Assembly (NCBI GenBank): GCA_963674695.2
Contig: CAXXGI010000002.1
Location: 843,406-907,405, forward strand
Source of the DNA: a bacterium
GTDB taxonomy: Bacteria; UBA10199; 2-02-FULL-44-16; JAAZCA01
Direction: 5' to 3'
Length of the DNA: 64,000 bases
A model generated the notes under the pieces. That model was given only the letters and a program-made list of their open reading frames with translations, searched no databases and was not told the origin of the DNA. Positions within the stretch are counted from its first letter, which is position 1. Every line of letters starts with the position of its first letter. Made by a program: the position numbers and the translations under genes. Of this stretch, positions 50,072 to 59,072 are shown piece by piece.

Positions 50072-51523
50072 TTAGAACTGCACGCCCGCTTCCATGTAGA
50101 ACGCCGATCCTTCAGCGCCATAGGCCATGTCGAAGTTGATCACGGTCGAGAGGTTCCACGCGAGCATGAGCCCCATGCCTCCGCCCAGATGCCAGTCCTT
50201 AAAGGAGGTCTGGCTTACCTTGTCGAAGGTGCGTCCCGCGTCGAAGAAGGGCTTGACGCCGAGGCGGATATTCTGGCGGAAGACCGTGAAGTCGACGAAG
50301 CTCCAGCGCAGCTCCATGTTGGCCAGCATCTGCACCGGCCCGATGTAGCGGTCGAGGCGATAGCCGCGGATCGAGCGGAATCCGCCCAGTCCCGTCTGGT
50401 CGCGGTCGGTGAAGGCGAGCGTGTTCATCGAATAGAAGGGGATGTCGCCGAACTGCCAGCCGTAGTAGAAGCGTCCCGCGAGCACGACGGTCTGGTTGTA
50501 CTTGTTGAAGAGCGGTCCATAGGCGCGCAGATCGGTGGTCAGCCGCCCGTAGTTGAACGACGAGCCCAAGAACTTCGGCGAGAGCTCCGAGACGATCTCG
50601 GCAAAGAGGCCCTGGGTTGGGTTGGGCTCGAAGTCGCGTGTGTCGAAGGAAAGGCCCAGCTTGATGTAATTGTCCCACCCGCCGTTGCAGCCCTGGGCGC
50701 GGCCGGAGAGGCAGTCGGCCTGCAGGTGCGTCTGTTGTTGCACCGCCCCGTCGATGGTCTTGCCCGTGTAATCGTCGATCCAAATACGAGCGACCTGGAC
50801 GCCAAAGAGGGGCCGGAGCCATCCCCCCAGGAGATCATACTCAGCCGAGCCCCTAAAGCTGACATGCGTATAGCCGTAGTTATCGTAGCGCGCGTTGGTC
50901 TGTCCTCCCACCTGCTGCTTGAGTGCATTCTTATACTGGGCGTAACTGCCGTAGACCTGGCCGGTCCCGGGGAAGGTGAGCTGCTGTCCCTGATTGCCGA
51001 TGCCGAAGTAGTTCTTGAACGGGTTCTGAAAGATATCGATGGCATTGCGTATGCGCCAGGGGGTGTCCAGGAAGTTGGGCGCATCGAAGAAGTTCTGGAT
51101 CTGAAAGACGCCGCCGCTGCTGATGAGAAACGCCGGGCTGATCAACCAGCGGTAAGGGGTGTAACGGAAGAAGGGGCTGTCCTTCTTTCCGTTGTCGAAG
51201 AAGTTTGCGGCGGCGCCGATGTTGAATTGCGTGTCCGGATCCCAGGCGATGATCGGGAAGGGCGTGAAGTAGAACCCCTCTTTTTTGTCTCGGAGCAGGA
51301 TCTCGGGCTGGGGTTTCTTGCGCCGGATGAAAGAGGGCGGCGGGATTTCGGGCGGCAGCTCGCCGGCGTCGCCCTCTTTGGCGGCCTTGGTAATCTCTTT
51401 CACCTTCTCGTCGAAGGCGGCTCCTTCGTCCGGCGTTCCGGTCTCTGCTGCAGGGAGGGCCGGGGAGATGAAGAAAAGGGCGAGCAGACAGGCGCAGAAG
51501 GTGGTGCGACGGAACTGGGCCAT
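50072..51523 (-). CDS. Omp85 family outer membrane protein
   Basis: YFGIGN, FDTRDFEPNP, LGGFRSIRGY, PFFDAGR. C-terminal Phe. Confidence 0.9.
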   Translation of the reverse strand: MAQFRRTTFCACLLALFFISPALPAAETGTPDEGAAFDEKVKEITKAAKEGDAGELPPEIPPPSFIRRKKPQPEILLRDKKEGFYFTPFPIIAWDPDTQFNIGAAANFFDNGKKDSPFFRYTPYRWLISPAFLISSGGVFQIQNFFDAPNFLDTPWRIRNAIDIFQNPFKNYFGIGNQGQQLTFPGTGQVYGSYAQYKNALKQQVGGQTNARYDNYGYTHVSFRGSAEYDLLGGWLRPLFGVQVARIWIDDYTGKTIDGAVQQQTHLQADCLSGRAQGCNGGWDNYIKLGLSFDTRDFEPNPTQGLFAEIVSELSPKFLGSSFNYGRLTTDLRAYGPLFNKYNQTVVLAGRFYYGWQFGDIPFYSMNTLAFTDRDQTGLGGFRSIRGYRLDRYIGPVQMLANMELRWSFVDFTVFRQNIRLGVKPFFDAGRTFDKVSQTSFKDWHLGGGMGLMLAWNLSTVINFDMAYGAEGSAFYMEAGVQF

Positions 51524-51692
51524 GAAATTTCCCCCCGGAGTGAACCCTCTGGGTCTCTACTGAATTCCCCGGACAAGCGCAACCTTCTTGGCCCGTCATA
51601 AGGGCGGGATGCCGATTGCGTGCGGATTCATTTGTGCCGCCCCTGGTGATGGCGTAAAATGCGACAGCTTTTGACCAAAAAAAGGGGGAAAA

Positions 51693-53039
51693 ATGGACCA
51701 GACGCGCGTCAAGAAGATCGGTTTGCTTGCCTGCTCCGGCATCGTGGCCGGAAATATGATGGGGTCGGGGGTCTCGCTCCTGCCTTCGTCTCTAGCGAGC
51801 ATCGGCTCGATCACGATCATCAGCTGGTTTCTGGCAATCATCGGTGCGCTCTCGCTTGCCTACATCTTCGCCAAGCTCGGAACCGATAACCCCCAGGAGG
51901 GGGGACCCATTGCCTATTCCGAGGAGGTCGCTCCGATCCTCGGCTATCAGGCGGGCGTACTCTATTTTCATGCCAATTGGATAGGGAACCTCGCCATCGC
52001 GATCACAGGAGTGGCCTACCTCTCGGTCTTCTTCCCCATCCTCACCCATCCGCTCGCGGCGGGTTTTGCCACCATCGGGGTGGTCTGGATCTTTGCGATC
52101 ATCAACCTCTTGGGGGCGCACTGGGTGGGTCGGCTCACGGCCATCGGGGTCGTGCTGTTGCTCATCCCCATCGTTCTAACGGGTGCTGCCGGTTTCTTCT
52201 TCTTCAAGCCGGATATCTTCGTCGCCAACTGGAACGTCTCGCCCAAGGGCGATTTTCACGCCATCGTCGGGGGGGTGCTGCTCTGTCTCTGGAGCTTCAT
52301 CGGTGTGGAGAGCGCGACGACCGATGCGAGCCTCGTCGAGAATCCCAAGCGGAACATCCCGCGCGCGACGCTCATCGGTTCCGGGGTCGCGGCGCTGGTC
52401 TATGTCGTCTCCTGCACGGCGATCTCGGGGATGTTTCCGGCCAAGGAGGTCGCCGCCTCCGGCGCCCCGTTTTCGCTCGCCGTGGCCCACATCGTGGGCC
52501 CTTGGAGCGCGCATATCGTTTCGGCGCTGGTGGCATTCGGCTGTCTCACGTCGCTCGCGTCCTGGATGATGCTCGTGGCGCAGGCCGGCGCGCGCACCGC
52601 GCACGATGGCATGCTCCCGGCCATCTTCGGCAAGATCAGCGCGCGCAACATTCCCACGGCGGGAGTCTTGCTCACCGCGACGCTCATGACGGTGCTCATG
52701 GGGATCATGATGATCTTCTCGAAGCAGAAGAGTGCGCAGGTGCTCTTCAGCGACATCATCTCCATCGCCGTCCTGCTCACGATCATCCCGTATTTCTATT
52801 CGACGCTCTGTCTGATCAAGAACATCACCGAGCAGCGCAAGAAGGTCTTCTTCCAGGTCGCGGCCAGCTTCTTGAGCGTCGGCTTCTGTCTCGTGGCCAT
52901 CGCCGGCGCGCAGGACGAGATCCTCGTCGCCACGGTCGCGGCCTCCTTCATCGCCATGGTCTTCTACGAGCGCAAGGATCGCTCGCTCTTCGAGAAGAAG
53001 GTCTTCGATATGCTCAAGGGTCGAACGGGCGTTCATTAA
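51693..53039 (+). CDS. cadB: APC family basic amino acid/polyamine antiporter, CadB-like
   Basis: KKIGLLACSGIVAGNMMGSG closely follows the CadB N-terminus. WIGNLAIAITGVAYL, LWSFIGVESA, ENPKRNIP. Substrate not established. Confidence 0.75.
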   Translation: MDQTRVKKIGLLACSGIVAGNMMGSGVSLLPSSLASIGSITIISWFLAIIGALSLAYIFAKLGTDNPQEGGPIAYSEEVAPILGYQAGVLYFHANWIGNLAIAITGVAYLSVFFPILTHPLAAGFATIGVVWIFAIINLLGAHWVGRLTAIGVVLLLIPIVLTGAAGFFFFKPDIFVANWNVSPKGDFHAIVGGVLLCLWSFIGVESATTDASLVENPKRNIPRATLIGSGVAALVYVVSCTAISGMFPAKEVAASGAPFSLAVAHIVGPWSAHIVSALVAFGCLTSLASWMMLVAQAGARTAHDGMLPAIFGKISARNIPTAGVLLTATLMTVLMGIMMIFSKQKSAQVLFSDIISIAVLLTIIPYFYSTLCLIKNITEQRKKVFFQVAASFLSVGFCLVAIAGAQDEILVATVAASFIAMVFYERKDRSLFEKKVFDMLKGRTGVH

Positions 53040-53161
53040 AAACCGATATGTGCACGATGCGTTGTCATCCCGCCTGCTCGCCGGTTTTGTGGCGGGACCA
53101 CGCGAGCGCGTGGAGGTTCTTCTTTTGCCTGAAACTGTCAAGTGATTGACTTGATAGTGCA

Positions 53162-53210
53162 CGATTCCTGATCGTGATGATGATTCTGATGGTGATTGTT
53201 GATTTCTGAT
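53162..53210 (-). repeat. Degenerate ATCAnn tandem array downstream of four-helix-bundle gene 1
   Basis: Minus strand reads ATCAGAA ATCAACA ATCACC ATCAGA ATCATC ATCACG ATCAGGA ATCG. Confidence 0.8.
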
Positions 53211-53217
53211 GACCGGC

Positions 53218-53550
53218 TCACCTGAGCCGGTAGATCATCTTGCTGATCCGATCAGCTCTTTCCTTGTTCTCCATTTCACATCGTGTCGGAATCAAGGAGA
53301 ATGCGGCGGCCAGATCGATGCAGGCCGACACCTCCGCGAGCGATGCCCTGGATATCTGAAAGAAGCGCTTTCGTTCTCCCTTGCCCATTCGAGCATTGCC
53401 CTCCGCCAAGTTGAGCACGACGGAAGCCATGGCTCTTCTGAGCTGATCGACCAGATAGCCATACCCCCGTGGCCATCCACAGGCAAGCCCCCCGAGCTCC
53501 TTCGCCAGAGTGATCGATTCCCGGTAACAGTCCAGTTTTTCATGTAACAT
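53218..53550 (-). CDS. Four-helix bundle protein (23S rRNA IVP / Avd-like superfamily), copy 1
   Basis: HEKLDCY, LVDQLRRA..SVVLNLAEG, ERKRFF.IS..S.AEV. Confidence 0.93.
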   Translation of the reverse strand: MLHEKLDCYRESITLAKELGGLACGWPRGYGYLVDQLRRAMASVVLNLAEGNARMGKGERKRFFQISRASLAEVSACIDLAAAFSLIPTRCEMENKERADRISKMIYRLR

Positions 53551-53556
53551 CTTTGT

Positions 53557-53634
53557 CTCCCGTTGGTGGTTCATGATTTTTTTTGCCCCCCAACCGGGTG
53601 AGGGGAAAAAAAAATCATGAACCACCAACGGGAG
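53557..53634. repeat. Perfect 28-bp inverted repeat (plus inner CCCC/GGGG) forming the intergenic region and carrying both RBSs
   Basis: CTCCCGTTGGTGGTTCATGATTTTTTTT (53557-53584) and AAAAAAAATCATGAACCACCAACGGGAG (53607-53634). Confidence 0.97.
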
Positions 53635-53639
53635 GCGTT

Positions 53640-53975
53640 ATGAATCATGAAAAACTGGACTGTTACCGGGAACTCATCATGGTCTCGAAGGAGCTCGGGG
53701 GGCTCATGAAAGGATGGCCGAGAGGCTCGGGCTATCTGGTCGATCAGCTCAGAAGGGCCATATCGTCTGCTGTGCTCAACTTGGCGGAGGGCAACGGCAA
53801 ACGTGGGCAACCGCGTGAACGAAAGCGCTTCTTTCAGATCTCGATGGGGTCAATCGCTGAGGTGGCAGCGGGCCTAGATCTGGCCGTCGCATTTTCCTTG
53901 ATTCCGGCCAAAGTACAGGAGGAGAACAAAGCGATCCTGCGAGCAGCATACAACCGGATCAGGAAGCTTTCCTGA
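53640..53975 (+). CDS. Four-helix bundle protein (23S rRNA IVP / Avd-like superfamily), copy 2
   Basis: Same motifs as copy 1. GGGAGG RBS. Confidence 0.93.
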   Translation: MNHEKLDCYRELIMVSKELGGLMKGWPRGSGYLVDQLRRAISSAVLNLAEGNGKRGQPRERKRFFQISMGSIAEVAAGLDLAVAFSLIPAKVQEENKAILRAAYNRIRKLS

Positions 53976-54044
53976 TCCGGTTCCGTTATCGATACATCCG
54001 ATTCGGTTTTTCTCAATCGGTTATCGGTTCTCCGATTCGGTTCG
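53976..54044 (+). repeat. Degenerate TCCGRT/ATCGGT hexamer array downstream of four-helix-bundle gene 2
   Basis: TCCGGT TCCGTT ATCGAT .. TCCGAT TCGGTT .. ATCGGT ATCGGT .. TCCGAT TCGGTT. Confidence 0.7.
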
Positions 54045-54124
54045 AGATGTCAGGCGGGGTGGTAACGCTATATCGTTGTTGTCAGATCAAATAGTGAGCA
54101 CTGCAAATAAGGGCACCTCTTCCC

Positions 54125-56488
54125 CTAGTACCGTTTGTTCCATTCGATGAAGGCCTCGGCATTTGTCGGACTGCCGTCGGTCGAGGGTTCCACCGTCGTG
54201 GTGACCACCCATCCATGTCCGAGGCGTCGGCGCAGGCCCACCTGCTGATGGCTGGATCCGCCCGATCCGACGGTGAGCGACGTGCCTTCCGTGATGCGGA
54301 ATTTCGCCACGACCGTTCCGGTGTCCGGGTTGTAGCCGATGCGCTGAATCGGCGTGGAGGCAAAGAGATACATCGTGGTCAGCGCAAAGGCGCGGTTGGC
54401 CATCGCGGCGCTCGTGCTGCTGACGTTGTCAGCATCGCCGCCGTCGAGTTGCGAGTAGGGTTCCCCATAGATGAGCACCGCGATGATGTCCTCCTGCGAG
54501 AGCGGCGGGTCGGAGGTGAGGAGGAACTGCGGCTTCTCCATCGGCCCCACGACGTTCATGTTCACCGTGTAGTCGACGTTCTTCACGATCGCCAGCCCCT
54601 CCACCAGGCTCTTGGCCAGTGGCTTTTGCAGCGTGAGCTTTAAGTGGTCGATGGTTCCTTTTCTCCGGAAGAGTTCAACGGGGAAACGCATGACCTCGAT
54701 CGTGCCGGCGAGGTTGTCTTCATCGAGCTGCACATCGATCGTGATCGGGATCGGCGTCTCGACGAGATTCGTAATGATGCGAATCGGTTTGGCTCCGGTT
54801 TTGATCGTAAGCTTGTAGTGGAAAGGAAGGCTTTCGTTTGGCTTCGCTTTCTTCTCCTTTGGTTTGTTCTTGAGCGCGATGCGCGAATCGGGGAAGAAGC
54901 GTGGAATCGATGTGGCGATGAGTTTCGGCAGCCGAAGCTCCACATCGTCGAGGGTGACATCACCCTCCACGCCCACTTCACTCAAACGCGTCCCCGTAAA
55001 GCGCAGCTCCCCCTTGACGGTTGCATCGATGTCGATCCGCTGCTGCGTGCCGGTGAGCTTCGTGCGCAGGACGACGGGCAGGCGGCTGAAATCGGAAGGG
55101 TATTCGATCCCCCCCTCGATGGAGAGCTCGATCGCTCCGGAGAGCTCGTTGAACGGCGCCGGGATCGGCGTCGGGGAGTTCTCCAGCATGGCGACCAGAT
55201 TCTGGAATCGCTTGAGCAGAAAATCGATGTTCACCTTCGAGGCGATCTTCCAGTTCGTTGGAAACTGTGCCGGGATGCCGTCCACATCGATGTCGATCGT
55301 GCCGCCGTTGGAGATGATCTGGCTCTGGACCGGAACCATCTTCAGGTTCACATGGCCCTTCGTTCGATGCTCTGGGTCGAGGTGAAAGAAGGTGTCGATT
55401 TTTGAGGCCAGCTCCAGCCGGAGGTGTTCGGGGGCCTGATAGAATTTATCCACCTCGTTGGGCAGCTCAACCGCCTTGACGAAGGCATCGAGGGTGCAGT
55501 TCAGTTCGAGCTGCCCGTCGTTTCCGGAAAACCCCTGATGCGAGAGCGAGAGCGTGCAGCCCTCGACCGTGAGCTTCGGGAGCTGGGCGGTCAGATCCGT
55601 TGCATTTGCCTTGAGTTGTCCGAAGATCTTTATGTCGGTGAGACTCCCCTCGAAGGTGGCGTTTGCCTTCAGCTTCTGCCGTGCCAACGAGGCGTCGATG
55701 GTCGTCTTCATGTTCCGATCGCGATCGACATCGGCATCGGCATGCAGTGTGGCCATCCCGCCATCGGCAAGGGCGGTCGTCAGGTCGAGGTTGAGCGTCA
55801 TGTCGCCCTTGCGAAAGTGTGATGCGCTCGCAAGCGCTGCTTTGGCTTCGAGTCGGCGCAGGGGATCCAGGCCGGAAAGCGTTACCTCGATGAGGGCGTC
55901 CTTCAATTCGTTGGCGTCGGTGACGTCGACGTTGAGCGAGACCGTCCCGTTTATCGTCCGTTCGGCCTGCGCGATGCGCAGCTCCTTCAGTTCGATGGCG
56001 ATCGGATGAAAGGAGGTGTGGCGCAGGAGAAAGGGGAGCGCGATCTTCGGCAGCGCGAGCGGTATCGGCTTGCTCTGCTTTGGTTTCTCCTGTTTCTCAT
56101 CAGCGAGGGCTAGCTCGATCTCACCCCCCGTAGCGGTGAGCGGACCGATCTCAGCCAGGTGCGGGATGAAGGAGCGTAGTTGATAGCGCAGTCCGAAGGC
56201 GAGCTCCGCAAAACAGGCGCGCTCGAGCGTCGGGGTATACGCGGCGCAGATATCCTCGAAGGTGAAGGTGACGGTCTCATCGCAGAACCCATGCGACTGC
56301 ATCGCGACGTCCGCCCTCTTCCAGGAGAGATCGAGACCGATGCGCGGGGCAAACCCTCGAATGGCGTCGAGCGTGCGGGTGTTGATGAGCAGCGTCGGCC
56401 AGTTCAGGACGCTCATCACCAGGGCCGCGACGAGGACGATGCTGCCCGTGATGAAGACGAAGATGCCGAAGAGGATTTTTTTGAGCAT
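54125..56488 (-). CDS. TamB-like (DUF490) translocation/assembly module protein
   Basis: N-terminal TM anchor, beta-rich body, V.GP.EKP...L.SDPPLSQEDI.A.L..G, C-terminal EWNKRY. Directly follows an Omp85 gene. Confidence 0.85.
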   Translation of the reverse strand: MLKKILFGIFVFITGSIVLVAALVMSVLNWPTLLINTRTLDAIRGFAPRIGLDLSWKRADVAMQSHGFCDETVTFTFEDICAAYTPTLERACFAELAFGLRYQLRSFIPHLAEIGPLTATGGEIELALADEKQEKPKQSKPIPLALPKIALPFLLRHTSFHPIAIELKELRIAQAERTINGTVSLNVDVTDANELKDALIEVTLSGLDPLRRLEAKAALASASHFRKGDMTLNLDLTTALADGGMATLHADADVDRDRNMKTTIDASLARQKLKANATFEGSLTDIKIFGQLKANATDLTAQLPKLTVEGCTLSLSHQGFSGNDGQLELNCTLDAFVKAVELPNEVDKFYQAPEHLRLELASKIDTFFHLDPEHRTKGHVNLKMVPVQSQIISNGGTIDIDVDGIPAQFPTNWKIASKVNIDFLLKRFQNLVAMLENSPTPIPAPFNELSGAIELSIEGGIEYPSDFSRLPVVLRTKLTGTQQRIDIDATVKGELRFTGTRLSEVGVEGDVTLDDVELRLPKLIATSIPRFFPDSRIALKNKPKEKKAKPNESLPFHYKLTIKTGAKPIRIITNLVETPIPITIDVQLDEDNLAGTIEVMRFPVELFRRKGTIDHLKLTLQKPLAKSLVEGLAIVKNVDYTVNMNVVGPMEKPQFLLTSDPPLSQEDIIAVLIYGEPYSQLDGGDADNVSSTSAAMANRAFALTTMYLFASTPIQRIGYNPDTGTVVAKFRITEGTSLTVGSGGSSHQQVGLRRRLGHGWVVTTTVEPSTDGSPTNAEAFIEWNKRY

Positions 56489-56490
56489 GA

Positions 56491-58218
56491 TCAGAACTCC
56501 TCGCCGAAACTCAAGATAAACCGCCAGCCGTCGGAACCGTCGAGCGGACTCTTGCGGTAAAAGACATAGCCGCGCGAAGCGGTGAAGCGTATCACGCCGA
56601 TTATGGAGGCCAGGCGAACACCGAACCCGGGCGACCAGTAGATCGGCTCTTCCAGGTCGAACGACTTCGTGCCCATGACGCCGAAATCGGAGAAGACCAG
56701 TGGTTGGATGCCGGCGGGGAGCAGGTGGGCGAGTCTCAGTTCAACGCCGGTATAGATAGAGGTCAGCGCCTCCTTCGGATTTTGCGGAACCGACTTGCGC
56801 TTGAATCCGCGCAACGTCGCCGCGCCTCCGAGATATTGCTGATAGTCCGGAGGGAGGCGCTGAAAGGCGGCGTTTCCCCGGTCGGCCAGCGTCGTGGCCG
56901 CTCGTCCGCGCAGGCCGATGACAAAGAGCGGCGGATCGAGGCGGCCGAGGTTCAAAAGCCATTCCCCCTCGACGGCGAAGCGCTGTGCGGTGGTCGAGGA
57001 ACCGATCGATCGCGCGGCGAGGCTCGTGGCGATGGTGAAGGCGAATCCGCTGCGCGGGTCGGAATCGTAAAATTCAAAATCATGGGTGGCCATCGCCAGC
57101 GAAGCGGCCAGCGTCATAAAGTGGGCGTTGCCCTTGTTGTCACCGCGATAAGTGTGCGTGAATTCCGAGATGGGACCGATGGCGAATGAGATCGAGGTGT
57201 TTTGCGTGTCCCAATTGACCGCGGGCTGAAAGCCGACCTGGGTGGAGAGATACTCGTACTGCGATTCGTCGTGGCGCTGGGTGCTGATCATCGGTTTCAG
57301 ATACCAGCGCGAGGGCGTGGGCAGCACATACCAGGCGGCGTCGAGTCGGAGGCGTTGTTTGCGATAGGAGGCATAGCCGGCAATCCGCACCGATGAGGCA
57401 AGTTCGCCGATGCGCATCTGCTGCCAGGCGGCTTTGATGATGGCGTATTCCTCGGTGCTCGCTCCGAACCCGATGACGAAGAGGCGCCGCTTTCCTGAGA
57501 TGACATCCTGTTTAAGGTGCACGCCGTCTTCGCTGCAGCGGGGGATGAAATAAGCGCTGGAGACGATGCCGTCGTTGTCGACGCGGCGGGTGGTCAGTGC
57601 GGTCCATCGCTGGTCGTAGGGTTTTCCGATCTGAAAGGCATCGAAGCGACGCAGGACGCCATCTTTGAGGCCGGGGATCGGTTCTTCCGCGATGTCGATG
57701 ACGGTGGAAAAGAGACCCGGATCGACGTGCAGGGTGATCTGTCCCGTCCGGGCATCCGCGGTCGTGGTGACGGTGGGGCAGGGGTATCCCTGGCTCTGCA
57801 ACTGGCTGCGCACCCACCCCTCAAAATTGGTCAGGAGCGAGGGCGTCAGAACTTGGCGCCGGACGCCGCGCCGGTGGGCGATGCGCAGCGTGGCGGGAGG
57901 GGATCCGGTGACGGTGATTCCCGTGACCCTCGTTTTTTTTCCGGCGCGGACGAGGATGCCTGCGTCCTGGGTCACGAATTCCGGAAAGTAGAAGCCGCGC
58001 TCCTGCAAAAACGCGCCCAGGTGATATTCAGCCTGCGCGCGCGGAATGCGTTTCCAGGCCTCGATGTCAGCGCTGCCGCAGACAAATTCCTTTTCGACGG
58101 GGGTGAATCGAATGCGCGATTCGGTCTCGATCCGCCAGTCGCCGCAGATGGGGAAGGTTGCACTCCACCCGAGGGCGGGCAGCAGCAGGATCAGCAGCGC
58201 CAGGACAAGACGGGCCAT
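56491..58218 (-). CDS. TamA/BamA family outer membrane protein with POTRA-like domains
   Basis: L.ERGFY and L.SQGYP POTRA-like motifs, LGGAATLRGF, FSDFG, GFGVR...IGVIR, C-terminal SFGEEF. Confidence 0.9.
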   Translation of the reverse strand: MARLVLALLILLLPALGWSATFPICGDWRIETESRIRFTPVEKEFVCGSADIEAWKRIPRAQAEYHLGAFLQERGFYFPEFVTQDAGILVRAGKKTRVTGITVTGSPPATLRIAHRRGVRRQVLTPSLLTNFEGWVRSQLQSQGYPCPTVTTTADARTGQITLHVDPGLFSTVIDIAEEPIPGLKDGVLRRFDAFQIGKPYDQRWTALTTRRVDNDGIVSSAYFIPRCSEDGVHLKQDVISGKRRLFVIGFGASTEEYAIIKAAWQQMRIGELASSVRIAGYASYRKQRLRLDAAWYVLPTPSRWYLKPMISTQRHDESQYEYLSTQVGFQPAVNWDTQNTSISFAIGPISEFTHTYRGDNKGNAHFMTLAASLAMATHDFEFYDSDPRSGFAFTIATSLAARSIGSSTTAQRFAVEGEWLLNLGRLDPPLFVIGLRGRAATTLADRGNAAFQRLPPDYQQYLGGAATLRGFKRKSVPQNPKEALTSIYTGVELRLAHLLPAGIQPLVFSDFGVMGTKSFDLEEPIYWSPGFGVRLASIIGVIRFTASRGYVFYRKSPLDGSDGWRFILSFGEEF

Positions 58219-58388
58219 GGGGAATGCTTTTTCATACCGCACATGAAAGCACAATAGAATCCGTTGGTTGCATTTCGAGCCCATTTCCGACGGTGTTGTC
58301 GTGATGCTTGTGCCGGATCGAACGAACCGATACAATACGCGAGAAGGTGCCGTCCGGATACCATCGATAGACAGGGGGGAATGATACT

Positions 58389-59072
58389 ATGGTTGATGCG
58401 CAGCAGCAGCTCGTTTCCCTGATGCTCGATGGCGACCGCATGGGATCGATGCAGTTCGTCGACGACTGGGCCGCTATCCATGGATTCGGATTGGTGATGA
58501 CCGATCTCATCGAACCGGTGCTCACCGAGATTGGAGCTCGCTGGGCGGTGAAGACGGATGTCAATCTCGCCGAGGGCTATGTGACCGCCAAGATCGTCGA
58601 GGAGGTCATGACCCGGGTGATCGACGAGCAGTCACGGCAACAGCAGCCGTCGCCAGGTCCGGGCAAGGGGCCGGTCGTCATCGGCAATATCGAAGAGGAT
58701 TGTCATGCCCTCGGGCGAAAGCTCGTGGGCATCTTTTTAAAGGCTTCCGGCTGGGAGGTGCATGATCTGGGGAACGATGTGACACCCGAACGGTTTGTGG
58801 AGGTGGCCGTTCAGTATGGCGCGCGCATCATCGGCGCCTCCGCTATGATGTACACCACAGCCGTCAATATCCGAAAGCTGCGCGATGAGATCGATGGGCA
58901 GGGCTTGCGTGGTCGTATTCAGCTGGCCGTCGGCGGGGCGGTCTTCGTGCAGCGGCCGGAACTGGTGGATGAAGTGGGCGGCGATGGTACGGCCCGAAAT
59001 GCCATCCTCGTTCCGCCGCTCCTGGATCGTCTCTGGAGCGCATCCGAGACCTACGAGAGGGGGCGTTCATGA
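58389..59072 (+). CDS. Cobalamin (B12)-binding corrinoid protein
   Basis: Cap domain (IG.RW) plus DxHxxG motif EEDCHALG, DLGNDV, GASAMM, VGGAV. Confidence 0.93.
   Translation: MVDAQQQLVSLMLDGDRMGSMQFVDDWAAIHGFGLVMTDLIEPVLTEIGARWAVKTDVNLAEGYVTAKIVEEVMTRVIDEQSRQQQPSPGPGKGPVVIGNIEEDCHALGRKLVGIFLKASGWEVHDLGNDVTPERFVEVAVQYGARIIGASAMMYTTAVNIRKLRDEIDGQGLRGRIQLAVGGAVFVQRPELVDEVGGDGTARNAILVPPLLDRLWSASETYERGRS

Noticed and set aside
58219-58388. Cobalamin riboswitch upstream of the B12-binding gene
   Set aside because: No B12-box or GGGAA...GCCCCCGC core is recognisable.
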